Of a stretch of 32,000 nucleotides of DNA, positions 8,108 to 17,023 are shown piece after piece (the stretch's first letter is position 1; each line of letters starts with the position of its first letter). Origin of the DNA: Nostoc punctiforme PCC 73102 (GTDB lineage: Bacteria > Cyanobacteriota > Cyanobacteriia > Cyanobacteriales > Nostocaceae); the NCBI RefSeq assembly GCF_000020025.1, contig NC_010628.1:630001-662000 (forward strand), given 5' to 3'. Both the position numbers and the translations under genes were made by a program. The notes below the pieces were generated by a model. It ran no database searches. It was not told the DNA's origin and saw nothing but the letters and a program-made list of their open reading frames with translations.

Positions 8108-9877
8108 ATGCAGATGGATTGGATTAGCTTACTTAAAGCTCAACAAACTGACTTCCTTCAACGTGTGAAGAAACCTAAAACTTATGACTTATCTTTATTG
8201 GAAAGTCAAGTCAAGGGTTGTCACACTGAAATGATGGCTTTTTGGGGCGAACCATTGGCCAGACTCCAAGAACTTTCTCGCCAACAAGCAGAAGTTCTTG
8301 CCAAAAATCCACCGCCTACGCCACCCGAATATCCTGAGCCGCCCGACTGGACGATACCTTTTCCCAAATACTTCCAGCGCCAAGCGGAAGATTATCTTTT
8401 GCGGGAAAAAATCGTTGACCTGGTGATAGCTGAACGTTTAGGGAAGTTGGTAAAAAAGGTATCACAAGATACTTTGCAAAATATGATTTTAGATGATGAG
8501 GGAAATTTGTGTGGCGAAAGCAAATTTTCTTATGTACTAAAAGATAATCCTCAGCTAAGTATTCAAGTTTATGTTGCCGATGGAGAAAGTTTTAATGGTA
8601 TTAAGAAAGACAAAATTAAATGGTCGGTTACTCAAGAAGATTTAAAAAATCACCAAGTATTAATTTTTCTGTGTTTGTTTTATCCATCAACAGGTCAGTT
8701 AGGATACGAAAGGCAGAGTGTAATTACAGGATTTTTACCTGCAAATCAAATTGAACTTACTGAACCAAAACTGTATATAAGTCCGAGTAACTTGTTGTAT
8801 GCCGGTGGTCTGAGTTGGTATTTAGAATCACTTATTGCCAAAAAAGACACGTCGCCAGTAATTAATGAGAAAGCGATCGCAGATACAATACAAACTCTAC
8901 CATCAGAGCATTGCCTTAAGGGTATAGTTGGTGACTGGGAATGCTGGCAAACTTTACAAGGGCACAATAGAGGTATTAATTGCCTAGCTTTCAGTTTTGC
9001 GTGTAAGAATGGTAAAGCCTTACCCATATTGGCAAGTGGTAGTCGTGGAGAAACGAAACTCTGGGATTTAAGCAAGGGTGAATTAATAGATACATTATCA
9101 GAGTATCCTTGGGTTATACCTGGGCTAGTGGATGAAGTGAATTCCCTGGCTTTTAGTGCAGATGGACAGACTTTAGTGAGTTGCGGTGCAGATTCCACAA
9201 TTAAACTTTGGCACGTGGGTGCTTTAGACTTGATAGATATTTTGCATAAACATAATGGTGTAGTGCGGTGTGCTGCCTTTACTCCAGATGGCAGAATGCT
9301 AGCTACAGGTGGAGATGACAGAAAAATTCTGTTTTGGGATTTAATGCATCGTCAGGTTGCGATCGCAGTTTCTTTAGATGATACAGCTGCCCATTCCCTA
9401 GTTTTGAGTCGAGATGGCGAAACTCTGGTTACAGGTAGCTATCGTAAAATCAAAGTCTGGCGCACCTTACCCCAGACGGGGATCAAAAGTTTAAAGGACG
9501 CACAACCTCTGCATACCCTCATGGGTCATTCTCACATCGTTCGTTCTTTAGCAATCAGTGCAGATGCTAAACTGCTCGTGAGTGGTAGCTGGGATCAAAC
9601 AATTAAAATTTGGCAATTGGAGACAGGAGAATTACTTCATACTCTTAAAGGACATAGAGATAGAGTATATGCGATCGCCTTAAGTCCCGATGGACAAATT
9701 ATCGCCAGTGGTAGTGCTGATAAAACCATCAAATTATGGCATCTACAAACCGGGGAGTTACTAGGTACGTTTACAGGTCATGGAAATATAGTCACAGCAT
9801 TAGCCTTCACAGCTTCTGGGGAGATGTTGGTTAGCGGGAGTTTGGATAAGACAATTAAAATTTGGCAACGGAGTTAA
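8108..9877 (+). CDS. WD40 (7-blade beta-propeller) protein with an unassigned ~285-aa N-terminal module
   Basis: From about aa 285 there are seven GH...(S/T)GS.D.TIK(L/I)W(D/H/Q) repeats. I cannot place the N-terminal part (…PPPTPPEYPEPPDW…QVLIFLCLFYPSTGQLGYERQSVITGFLPANQIE…), and it has no P-loop. Confidence 0.85.
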   Translation: MQMDWISLLKAQQTDFLQRVKKPKTYDLSLLESQVKGCHTEMMAFWGEPLARLQELSRQQAEVLAKNPPPTPPEYPEPPDWTIPFPKYFQRQAEDYLLREKIVDLVIAERLGKLVKKVSQDTLQNMILDDEGNLCGESKFSYVLKDNPQLSIQVYVADGESFNGIKKDKIKWSVTQEDLKNHQVLIFLCLFYPSTGQLGYERQSVITGFLPANQIELTEPKLYISPSNLLYAGGLSWYLESLIAKKDTSPVINEKAIADTIQTLPSEHCLKGIVGDWECWQTLQGHNRGINCLAFSFACKNGKALPILASGSRGETKLWDLSKGELIDTLSEYPWVIPGLVDEVNSLAFSADGQTLVSCGADSTIKLWHVGALDLIDILHKHNGVVRCAAFTPDGRMLATGGDDRKILFWDLMHRQVAIAVSLDDTAAHSLVLSRDGETLVTGSYRKIKVWRTLPQTGIKSLKDAQPLHTLMGHSHIVRSLAISADAKLLVSGSWDQTIKIWQLETGELLHTLKGHRDRVYAIALSPDGQIIASGSADKTIKLWHLQTGELLGTFTGHGNIVTALAFTASGEMLVSGSLDKTIKIWQRS

Positions 9878-9891
9878 GAATTTAAAATTAG

Positions 9892-9917
9892 GGGCTGATT
9901 GCGATCGCAATCAGCCC
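9892..9917 (+). terminator. Perfect 26-bp palindrome centred on a HIP1 site, 15 bp after the WD40 stop. Candidate terminator hairpin.
   Basis: GGGCTGATTGCGATCGCAATCAGCCC is fully self-complementary. No clear T-tract follows, so terminator function is uncertain. Confidence 0.4.
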
Positions 9918-10100
9918 ATACATTCAGTCCACTGTCAATACGATTCGGATAAGCTTTTTTCACCTTCCTTGTGGTCTGGGCAAAGGGGCGGGGGTAAAGA
10001 GTATTTGAGTTGTAAGGAATTTTTTCAAAAATCAAATATGAGTCCTATATATCTGGCAGTAGGAACTGTTAAACTTAACCGAACGGTATTGCTGCCGCTT

Positions 10101-11499
10101 CTTAACCCTGTTGTGTCACTTTAGGCAGAGGAAAAATAGAAATCAGGGTCAGTCAGGGATATAAAAGTAGGATAGGTAAGGTAATAAACAACAGATTGGA
10201 GTTTAGCAAATCCCAAAGATAAATGAGGAATAGGAAAAACTGAAAGCCAAGGCTGAATTAAATTAAATAGGGTAAAAGGTTGAAGGATGAGACGGAGATT
10301 ATTGAGAATATTCTTCCAACCTTTACCATTATCCCACCTCTGATGTGAAGCAAATGTTGATTGAGAATCTAGGGGATAAGGGCGCAGAGATTCTGAATGA
10401 AGACTAACCATTAAGTAGGCGCTACAAATAATCTCCCACCACCGTTCAATATCTTCATAGCAAGTAAAACGATAATCTGCCCAACCTAACTGATTCTTAC
10501 TTTGTTTTAAACCATACTCAACCCATGTCCTAAAGCCATAGAAATTCCCAACTTCTCTTGGTGTAATGTCTGGGTATTTACTCATTACATACCAGGTAGA
10601 GTTTCCAGGTAAGTTAAGAGTGTCTGTAGTAATTTGCCAATACCTATGATTGCTACGTTTGCCATGTATTATTTCTCTAATAAACCGATTCTCACTACTT
10701 AAGTCAGAGAATACTCTTTTAAACTTATGCCAGTTTAAATATTGAGTATACTGACCTTTAAGCAATGCTACAGAATGGTTTGAGCGAATTGCTACTAGAT
10801 AATTTAAATCTAATTCATCTAATACGGGTATAAAATTTGTGCTACTCTCACCATATAAGCTATCTGCTAGTACCAAGTTGAATTTGAATCCCATTAACTG
10901 TAGCTTGCGTATTAGCATTGCCCCGATTTGAGGCTTAGTAAGATATTTGTCTCCTGGCTTTAATTTTTCTCGTGGCTTGTATACTTCAAACAGCAGTGGA
11001 AATGTCATTCCACAGAACATACCGTAAGCTGTGACTGCCACAACGCCATTCTCTACTTTTCCTAAATTGACTATGTACTGACGTTTCACATAATCTGTGG
11101 TATTACCTTTCTTTTTATCTCCTGTTTCATCAATAATTAAAATGATTGGTCTTCCTTTTAGTACCTCTAAAATTAGTTGTAATCGCAAAGCTCTTAACTG
11201 TTCTACTGACCATGATGGTGTAGTTAAGAAATGATGTAGTCCTTGATAGTTATCTAGCCCGACAATTTTCGCTATTTCAGGTAGACTTTTCCGTTTTAAA
11301 TCGGAAATACATCCTATATGTAGATATTTGAAAGCTTCAAAATTCCTAACATCTGAAAACAGGTTTTTATACCATAAGCAATATTCATCCACAAACTTGA
11401 CGGTTTTTATGGGTGAACGAGGCTCTACCATGCTTTATGTCTTGGTTCTAGGCTTTGTACATTATTATACTACCGCGATAGTGACACAAGAGGGTTAAG
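10101..11499 (-). mobile_element. Intact IS701/IS4-like insertion sequence (about 1.4 kb) with 19-bp terminal inverted repeats
   Basis: CTTAACCCTGTTGTGTCAC (10101-10119) matches the reverse complement of GTGACACAAGAGGGTTAAG (11481-11499) at 18 of 19 positions. The element encloses a single 436-aa transposase ORF. I could not define a target duplication. Confidence 0.8.
10121..11431 (-). CDS. DDE transposase (IS701-family-like)
   Basis: Candidate catalytic regions are LIIDETGDKKKG, LVLADSLYGES and WVEYGLKQSKNQLGWADY. The frame is uninterrupted between the IRs. Confidence 0.8.
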   Translation of the reverse strand: MVEPRSPIKTVKFVDEYCLWYKNLFSDVRNFEAFKYLHIGCISDLKRKSLPEIAKIVGLDNYQGLHHFLTTPSWSVEQLRALRLQLILEVLKGRPIILIIDETGDKKKGNTTDYVKRQYIVNLGKVENGVVAVTAYGMFCGMTFPLLFEVYKPREKLKPGDKYLTKPQIGAMLIRKLQLMGFKFNLVLADSLYGESSTNFIPVLDELDLNYLVAIRSNHSVALLKGQYTQYLNWHKFKRVFSDLSSENRFIREIIHGKRSNHRYWQITTDTLNLPGNSTWYVMSKYPDITPREVGNFYGFRTWVEYGLKQSKNQLGWADYRFTCYEDIERWWEIICSAYLMVSLHSESLRPYPLDSQSTFASHQRWDNGKGWKNILNNLRLILQPFTLFNLIQPWLSVFPIPHLSLGFAKLQSVVYYLTYPTFISLTDPDFYFSSA

Positions 11500-11509
11500 C
11501 CCGCCATGA

Positions 11510-12619
11510 TTACACGGACGAGGAATACAGGACGGAATCTTGTTCAAAAGTAGTCTTTTCCAGTGACGAGCGATATTTATGTTCCGATTCCAAGATCGGG
11601 ATACAGGTAATTAACCACACTAAACCTGCGGCATAGCCAGCTGTCACATCAGTCAGCCAATGTACTCCAAGGTAGAGCCGACTAAAACCGATCGCAGCAA
11701 TCAAGAAAACAGTCAAGCCATAAATCCAAAAGCGCCATTCAGGAAACTGCTTTGCTAGAACATAACCAGTAAAACCGTAAATCACTATTGAAACCATTGC
11801 ATGGCCGCTAGGAAAACTGTGTTGGCCGACATTAATAATATGCTTCCACAGTGCTGGACGCGCTCTACCAAATAATATTTTCATTAAACAATTTAGCAAG
11901 ATTGCACCGACTCCAGCGATACCCAAGATAGTTGCTTGCCAGCGACGATTAGAATATAACGGACTAATAGCCAGCCCCAAAGAAGATAACAGCATTACTA
12001 GGGGATCGCCCATAAAAGTGATACCAAGCATGATGCGATCGCGCAGTGGTGTATGCAACTTCTGGATCGAGAGCAAAATGGCTTCGTCAAGATTATATGC
12101 GTACAACAGTGCAGTGCCACATACAAGGGCACAAACAACCGGAATAAGTTGACTGGCTGTTTGGTTTAATTGTCGCTGCATAGATATTTGAGACAGTACG
12201 GCTGAATCAAATATGTTTCGATTATTACCTCCAACGAACCCAATATTTTCTTTAGTGCCAAAGGAATGCAAGTTACTGTCTCCAATGACTGCGTTAGATC
12301 CAAGTGATTTACTAACTTTTTTCCGATAATCTAAGACAATTTCTTGGATAAGTGATGCGATGGTCGAAGACCCGCCTTTGGCGTTCGTATTTAAACTGTT
12401 ATCTGGATGAAAAATAACAAGCACATTCCCTGTGTAACTATTAGCACGAGCTTGCGAGATTATTTTGTGCTCTAATAATCTCGATTCAAGATATTTTTTG
12501 AGAGCTTCCGAATGATAAAGCCCATTTACTTTATATCTAGCTCTTCCCTTAACAGCAGTATGTATTGCTTGAACCCAATGGGTTTGATTAAGAAGTGTAT
12601 GACAGCGAGGAGTACCCAT
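11510..12619 (-). CDS. Fusion protein: N-terminal HMA-like domain variant plus a C-terminal PAP2-type (acid phosphatase/lipid phosphatase) membrane domain
   Basis: PAP2 signature motifs are KILFGRARP, SFPSGHA and SRLYLGVHWLTDV, set among about 6 TM helices. The N-terminus is VQAIHTAVKGRARYKVNGLYHSEALKKYLESRLLEHKIISQARANSYTGNVLVIF. It aligns with the PGRxRFR domains found in the neighbouring genes. Confidence 0.8.
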   Translation of the reverse strand: MGTPRCHTLLNQTHWVQAIHTAVKGRARYKVNGLYHSEALKKYLESRLLEHKIISQARANSYTGNVLVIFHPDNSLNTNAKGGSSTIASLIQEIVLDYRKKVSKSLGSNAVIGDSNLHSFGTKENIGFVGGNNRNIFDSAVLSQISMQRQLNQTASQLIPVVCALVCGTALLYAYNLDEAILLSIQKLHTPLRDRIMLGITFMGDPLVMLLSSLGLAISPLYSNRRWQATILGIAGVGAILLNCLMKILFGRARPALWKHIINVGQHSFPSGHAMVSIVIYGFTGYVLAKQFPEWRFWIYGLTVFLIAAIGFSRLYLGVHWLTDVTAGYAAGLVWLITCIPILESEHKYRSSLEKTTFEQDSVLYSSSV

Positions 12620-12862
12620 TTGTTATTGATAATAAAATGCTTAGATTGAAGGCTAGGTAAAAGACATTTTCATGAGTTATAGTAAATCCCAGTTTTTTAG
12701 AGCTAATTACTTTTAACCAGGAATCATTTTAATCGCTACTAAGTAAGTTGGCACAATAAAATCAAACTATGCAGATAAAAGTGAACTAGGCTAAAATTCT
12801 TATACTTATTGCCTGTTGCCTTATCCCAAAGACAATTATTTACGCTTACTTACTATTAGTAA

Positions 12863-13528
12863 CTATATAAGATTTGGTTCGCTGGCAGATTTCAGTTTCA
12901 AAGGCTGGGAATTCGCCTCGCCATTGCCTCGTAATCGCCATCGCTTGTTAGGCAAGATAAACATGGTGGCAGATTTCAACCTTTTAATTATGCTTCTTGA
13001 GGTAGAAAGCATCCGTTCCCAAATGTCTGTTCTAAACCTTCGATATACAAGAACATTACGTGCTTGGTTAATCTTGCGTGTATTATCAATTAAGTTTATT
13101 AAGGCATCAAAGATAGCCCCTACGATTGATTTTGCCATTACCTCTTTTGGCAGAACCACATCTTGAGCAGTTTGAATCAGATTAACCAGATGTTCGCGCA
13201 TTTGATTATCTGAAATTACACCTACTTTATAATTGATGACAATAGATGCAGCTTTTGGGTTAGCACGGACATTTGTAACTCTAGGATCGGATTCCATTGC
13301 TAATTTAAGTTGATTAGCATACTCAGTATCTCTGCCTAACAGAGGAATACGAAAACGAATCCGTCCAGGAATTGTATGGACAATGCTATAGAATATCTTT
13401 TGGGATGATGCTGCTTTCTTAGCTACGCTTTTAGTTGCTTTTTTTGGTGGTAAACGCAGGTTCATACTAGCAGTTTTGCCAGAATTAGACCGTTTTATAG
13501 AAGTCATCGTACTATTGTTTAATTTCAA
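12863..13528 (-). CDS. Protein with a single HMA2-like (PGRxRFR) domain and a basic C-terminal tail
   Basis: YSIVHTIPGRIRFRIPLLGRDTEYANQLKLAMESDPRVTNVRANPKAASIVINYKVGVISDNQMREHLVNLIQTA. The track start is a TTG at 13528. An in-frame ATG (complement of 13505-13507) is the more likely start. Confidence 0.7.
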   Translation of the reverse strand: MKLNNSTMTSIKRSNSGKTASMNLRLPPKKATKSVAKKAASSQKIFYSIVHTIPGRIRFRIPLLGRDTEYANQLKLAMESDPRVTNVRANPKAASIVINYKVGVISDNQMREHLVNLIQTAQDVVLPKEVMAKSIVGAIFDALINLIDNTRKINQARNVLVYRRFRTDIWERMLSTSRSIIKRLKSATMFILPNKRWRLRGNGEANSQPLKLKSASEPNLI

Positions 13529-14006
13529 AAAATAAAAAACGTAACCAGGCTGATAAACTTATCTATTGATGTTTTAAGAGAGCGCTTTATTGAACTGCAT
13601 TAACTTTACTCTAGTTATACCTATTTTTCTGAATGAAAAAATCTATCTCAGTAGTGAATCTAGTTCTCATTGCTATCAAGTTGATTAAGTTTATTTTATA
13701 CTGTGTTTATTTTTATTTACAGGGATTTAACCACAGAGGTTTATTGACATATAAGGAGTTTCATGTATTACGTTTGAGTTACTATACTCTCAAGTAGTAA
13801 CATCAAGGCTATGTATGAATTTACTGGATGACAGTATTACCCTGATTTCATGTAAGCCTTGCTTATTTATTTTATCAAAACATGATTCAGGAGTCATAAG
13901 TCAAAATTTAGAATGAATTTTGACCTAAAAAGCGGATAGCGCAGCGTCTCATAGAGAGCGTCTTGATCATGACTTCTGAATTCTTCTTCAATTAGTTTCC
14001 AGGTAT

Positions 14007-16361
14007 GTGTTTATGCAGCAAGGGTTAATGTTACTAATTCAACTGGTACTAGAGTTTGCACCTGTTGTTGCAGAGCTAGTACAAAATAGAAATAAATCCA
14101 GTTTAGGTCTGAGTAAATATGAACCGATAGAAGCAATTCCCGAAATACTCAAAGTTTTTAATCTTTCAAATAAAAAAAGCGGTTATGTTGAAGATTTTGA
14201 AAAAGAAAGAATTTTTCAACAGCAATTAGTAGCCGATAATCATCAAACGCGATTAAAAATAGCCGCACAAGAGCGAGAAACAGCGCTTAAGTTACCAGAA
14301 GTCAATAAGATTATTGATAGCTGGCCCTTAAGATTATACCCTTCACAAATTTTAGACCACACCAATTATGGACACACTCCACTTAAAATTTTTATCGCTC
14401 CTCCGCAAGTAGATTTTGACCAATTTGGCGATCGTAGAGATGAAAATATTTCTCAAATTGAGTTAATGTTAGCTGAAGGATTAAGAGATTTTCTCAATAA
14501 ACATTACTCTTTACATAGTCAAGTTAGACCAACAGAGTTATTGGCAGGAGCCTGGGATAGTAAGCGTTTTCACAGTGAATCAAGTATTAAAGTTCTGTTT
14601 GGAATGTTGAAAACAGAGCCAAGTTTGATTTTAGAGTCAGAAAATGATGGAGATTATTTAAATTTTAGGATTGCCTACTGGGGTTTAGAGCAAGATAATT
14701 ATTATTATAAAACAATTGCTCGCTTACCTTACCGAGAAATTCTAGAAGAATCTGCTAAAAGGCGGGCATTAGAATGGAAGAAAATTAGAGATGAACTTGT
14801 GGCATTAGGAGAAAAATTAGAGGAAGTTAATCAGCTTGGAAAAGATAATTTGATAAATTTAGAAATTTTAGAAAAGGTAGAAAAATGGCATGAAAAAGGA
14901 ATTGATATTAGTAAGTTATCTTTACAATATCAAGTCAATCGTCAGGATTATGAAAAACTTTGCCAGGTTTTGATTACCTACCACTGTTTGGTTGCAGGTT
15001 GGGTAGCAGATATTTACCACCTGGTCGATCGTGGTGTACCTCCGCTACTACCAGAGTTGCTGCCGAGTTTGCTGTCAGATACTTTTGATTTACAATCAGT
15101 AGGGGTTATTGCCTCTGGTTACAAACAAGTTTACCAAGCTCTGGAAAATGAGCGCTGTTACTGGATTCCAGAATTGGCTTTACAATTAGCCCAGAGTTTA
15201 TGCCATTTAAGCGATGCCTACGACGGTAAACTACGCTCTTGGGCAAAGGAACAGCTAAATTATTCTGTGAGTACATGGTTACAACTACGCCAAGTATCAC
15301 CACACGATTCTCCTAACTTGCTTCAGGCAATGCAATCAGCCGTCAGCGTTAAAGATGAGGAATATGTAAAAAAGTTAAGAGAATATTTTGTCGCGGTGGG
15401 TGATACTCAGAGTATTGCTGATGTTGATGAAATTTTGAATCGCATTGCCAACCTCAAACACCAAGTAACAGTACAACATATCTTTCTCAGCCATACCCTA
15501 ACTGGACATTCAGAAAAAGTGACATCTGTCGCCATTAGTCCTGATTCTGAAACTTTAGTTAGCGGCAGTGCAGATAAAACCATCAAAGTATGGAATCTTA
15601 AGACTGGTAAACTTATCCGCACTCTCACAGAAGATTTAGGCAAAATTTCCTCTGTTGCAATTAGTCCTGATGGACATTATTTTGCTGTTGGTATTTGTCA
15701 ACACCCCAGAAGTAATGTCAAAGTATGGAATCTCAATTCTGACAAACTCCTTCACACTCTGTTAGGACATCAAAAACCGGTTAACTGCATCGCAATCAGT
15801 CCTGACGGGCAATTTCTTGCCAGTGGTAGTAATAAAATCAAAATTTGGAATTTGCATAAAGGCGATCGCATTTCTACCCTTTGGCATTCATTCACAGTTA
15901 ATGCTGCTGCTATCAGCCCCGATGGTACAATCCTTGCTAGTGGCAGTTCTGACAACAAAATTAGGCTGTGGAACCCACACACGGGAGATCCATTACGCAC
16001 CCTCAACGGACATTCAGGTGAGATAAAATCAGTAATCATCAGTCCTGATGGAGAAATTCTCTTTAGCGCTAGTGCAGACAAAACTATCAAAATTTGGCAT
16101 TTAACTACAGGCAAAGTGTTACATACCTTGACTGGACATTTAGAAGAGGTAAGATCCTTGGCTGTTAGTCCTGATGGAGAAATTCTCTTTAGCGGTAGCA
16201 CAGACAAAACCATCAAAATTTGGCATTTGCAGACGGGAGAGTTACTGCAAACTATCACAGAACACTCAGGGACAGTAAACTCTATTGCTATTAGCCATGA
16301 TGGTCAATTTTTGGCTAGTGCTAGTTCTGATAAAACCATCAAAATTTGGCAGATAAATTAA
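14007..16361 (+). CDS. WD40 (7-blade) protein with an unassigned ~490-aa N-terminal module
   Basis: From about aa 497 there are seven repeats of the form GH..V.S(V/I)AISPDG..L(A/F)SGS.DKTIK(I/V)W(N/H)L. The N-terminal module has no NTPase P-loop. It contains an alternating beta/alpha-looking segment (PLKIFIAPP...ELMLAEGLRDFLNKHY...ELLAGAW...SLILESE...YLNFRIAYWG). GTG at 14007; in-frame ATG at 14013. Confidence 0.85.
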   Translation: MFMQQGLMLLIQLVLEFAPVVAELVQNRNKSSLGLSKYEPIEAIPEILKVFNLSNKKSGYVEDFEKERIFQQQLVADNHQTRLKIAAQERETALKLPEVNKIIDSWPLRLYPSQILDHTNYGHTPLKIFIAPPQVDFDQFGDRRDENISQIELMLAEGLRDFLNKHYSLHSQVRPTELLAGAWDSKRFHSESSIKVLFGMLKTEPSLILESENDGDYLNFRIAYWGLEQDNYYYKTIARLPYREILEESAKRRALEWKKIRDELVALGEKLEEVNQLGKDNLINLEILEKVEKWHEKGIDISKLSLQYQVNRQDYEKLCQVLITYHCLVAGWVADIYHLVDRGVPPLLPELLPSLLSDTFDLQSVGVIASGYKQVYQALENERCYWIPELALQLAQSLCHLSDAYDGKLRSWAKEQLNYSVSTWLQLRQVSPHDSPNLLQAMQSAVSVKDEEYVKKLREYFVAVGDTQSIADVDEILNRIANLKHQVTVQHIFLSHTLTGHSEKVTSVAISPDSETLVSGSADKTIKVWNLKTGKLIRTLTEDLGKISSVAISPDGHYFAVGICQHPRSNVKVWNLNSDKLLHTLLGHQKPVNCIAISPDGQFLASGSNKIKIWNLHKGDRISTLWHSFTVNAAAISPDGTILASGSSDNKIRLWNPHTGDPLRTLNGHSGEIKSVIISPDGEILFSASADKTIKIWHLTTGKVLHTLTGHLEEVRSLAVSPDGEILFSGSTDKTIKIWHLQTGELLQTITEHSGTVNSIAISHDGQFLASASSDKTIKIWQIN

Positions 16362-16370
16362 GCTTTTTAG

Positions 16371-16949
16371 TTACTTGTTTGCTGATTCTTCTTGGCTAGT
16401 TCCATGCAACTTAATAAAGCTGTCAAAAGCATACCATGCTAAAACATACCAAGGAATAACTTCTAACTGCAATCCTTTATTTAGTAATTGTCGCAGTGAA
16501 AGACTAGCTAATCCCAAAGGAAAAAGAATTCGCAGATCAAAAGCACCATGCGTTGACTGTTTAACACGCTGGTTTAAGTCAACAAGCGCAGATGATACTC
16601 CTGCTGCTGCCTCGGTATTACCCTCGGTAACATCAGCAAAAATTATGCCTAAATCTTTAAGCGTTGCTAGCACATTTTCTAGACTGCCATCTTTACCATC
16701 GTAATTCATAACAATACTGCCATGATAGACATTCGTCTTAACTTGAGTAATGTGAGAATTTGCTGACAAAGCGTTGGCGATGCGTTGCATTTTTTCTAGT
16801 TGACGATGGGAATGACCCACTCTCAACCGCAATCTTCCGGGAGTCGAACTTACAACTTTTGTAGATATAGGTTTTGGTGATGTCTTGAAGTTGTTTTTGT
16901 CTAGAATTTCCGGCATTTTATTGTAAGTGCTATAACCATTTGTCAACAT
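16371..16949 (-). CDS. HMA2-like (PGRxRLR) domain protein with a C-terminal hydrophobic hairpin
   Basis: VVSSTPGRLRLRVGHSHRQLEKMQRIANALSANSHITQVKTNVYHGSIVMNY, then DLRILFPLGLASLSLRQLL...IPWYVLAWYAFDSFI. The stop is 9 bp from the stop of the convergent WD40 gene. Confidence 0.7.
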   Translation of the reverse strand: MLTNGYSTYNKMPEILDKNNFKTSPKPISTKVVSSTPGRLRLRVGHSHRQLEKMQRIANALSANSHITQVKTNVYHGSIVMNYDGKDGSLENVLATLKDLGIIFADVTEGNTEAAAGVSSALVDLNQRVKQSTHGAFDLRILFPLGLASLSLRQLLNKGLQLEVIPWYVLAWYAFDSFIKLHGTSQEESANK

Positions 16950-17023
16950 ACAACTGCCTTTTTGACTTGTATGAAGGTGGATTCTTTGTTGTGAAAAACC
17001 TTATTTTTTAATATCTTGCATTA

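Noticed and set aside
12816-13166. Plus-strand 116-aa ORF overlapping the 221-aa HMA2-like gene
   Set aside because: It is antisense to an ORF carrying the conserved PGRIRFR domain. It has no recognisable features.
15106-16258. Minus-strand ORFs (15106..15303, 15407..15643, 15770..16258) and the plus-strand ORF 15817..16026 within the WD40-784 repeats
   Set aside because: They are alternative-frame or antisense shadows of the highly periodic WD40 coding sequence. The WD40 frame has the clear GH/WD signature.
15480-16361. Regular ~126-bp periodicity that could superficially resemble a repeat array or CRISPR
   Set aside because: The periodicity equals one 42-aa WD40 blade within an open reading frame. 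There are no short identical direct repeats separated by unique spacers, and no cas genes.
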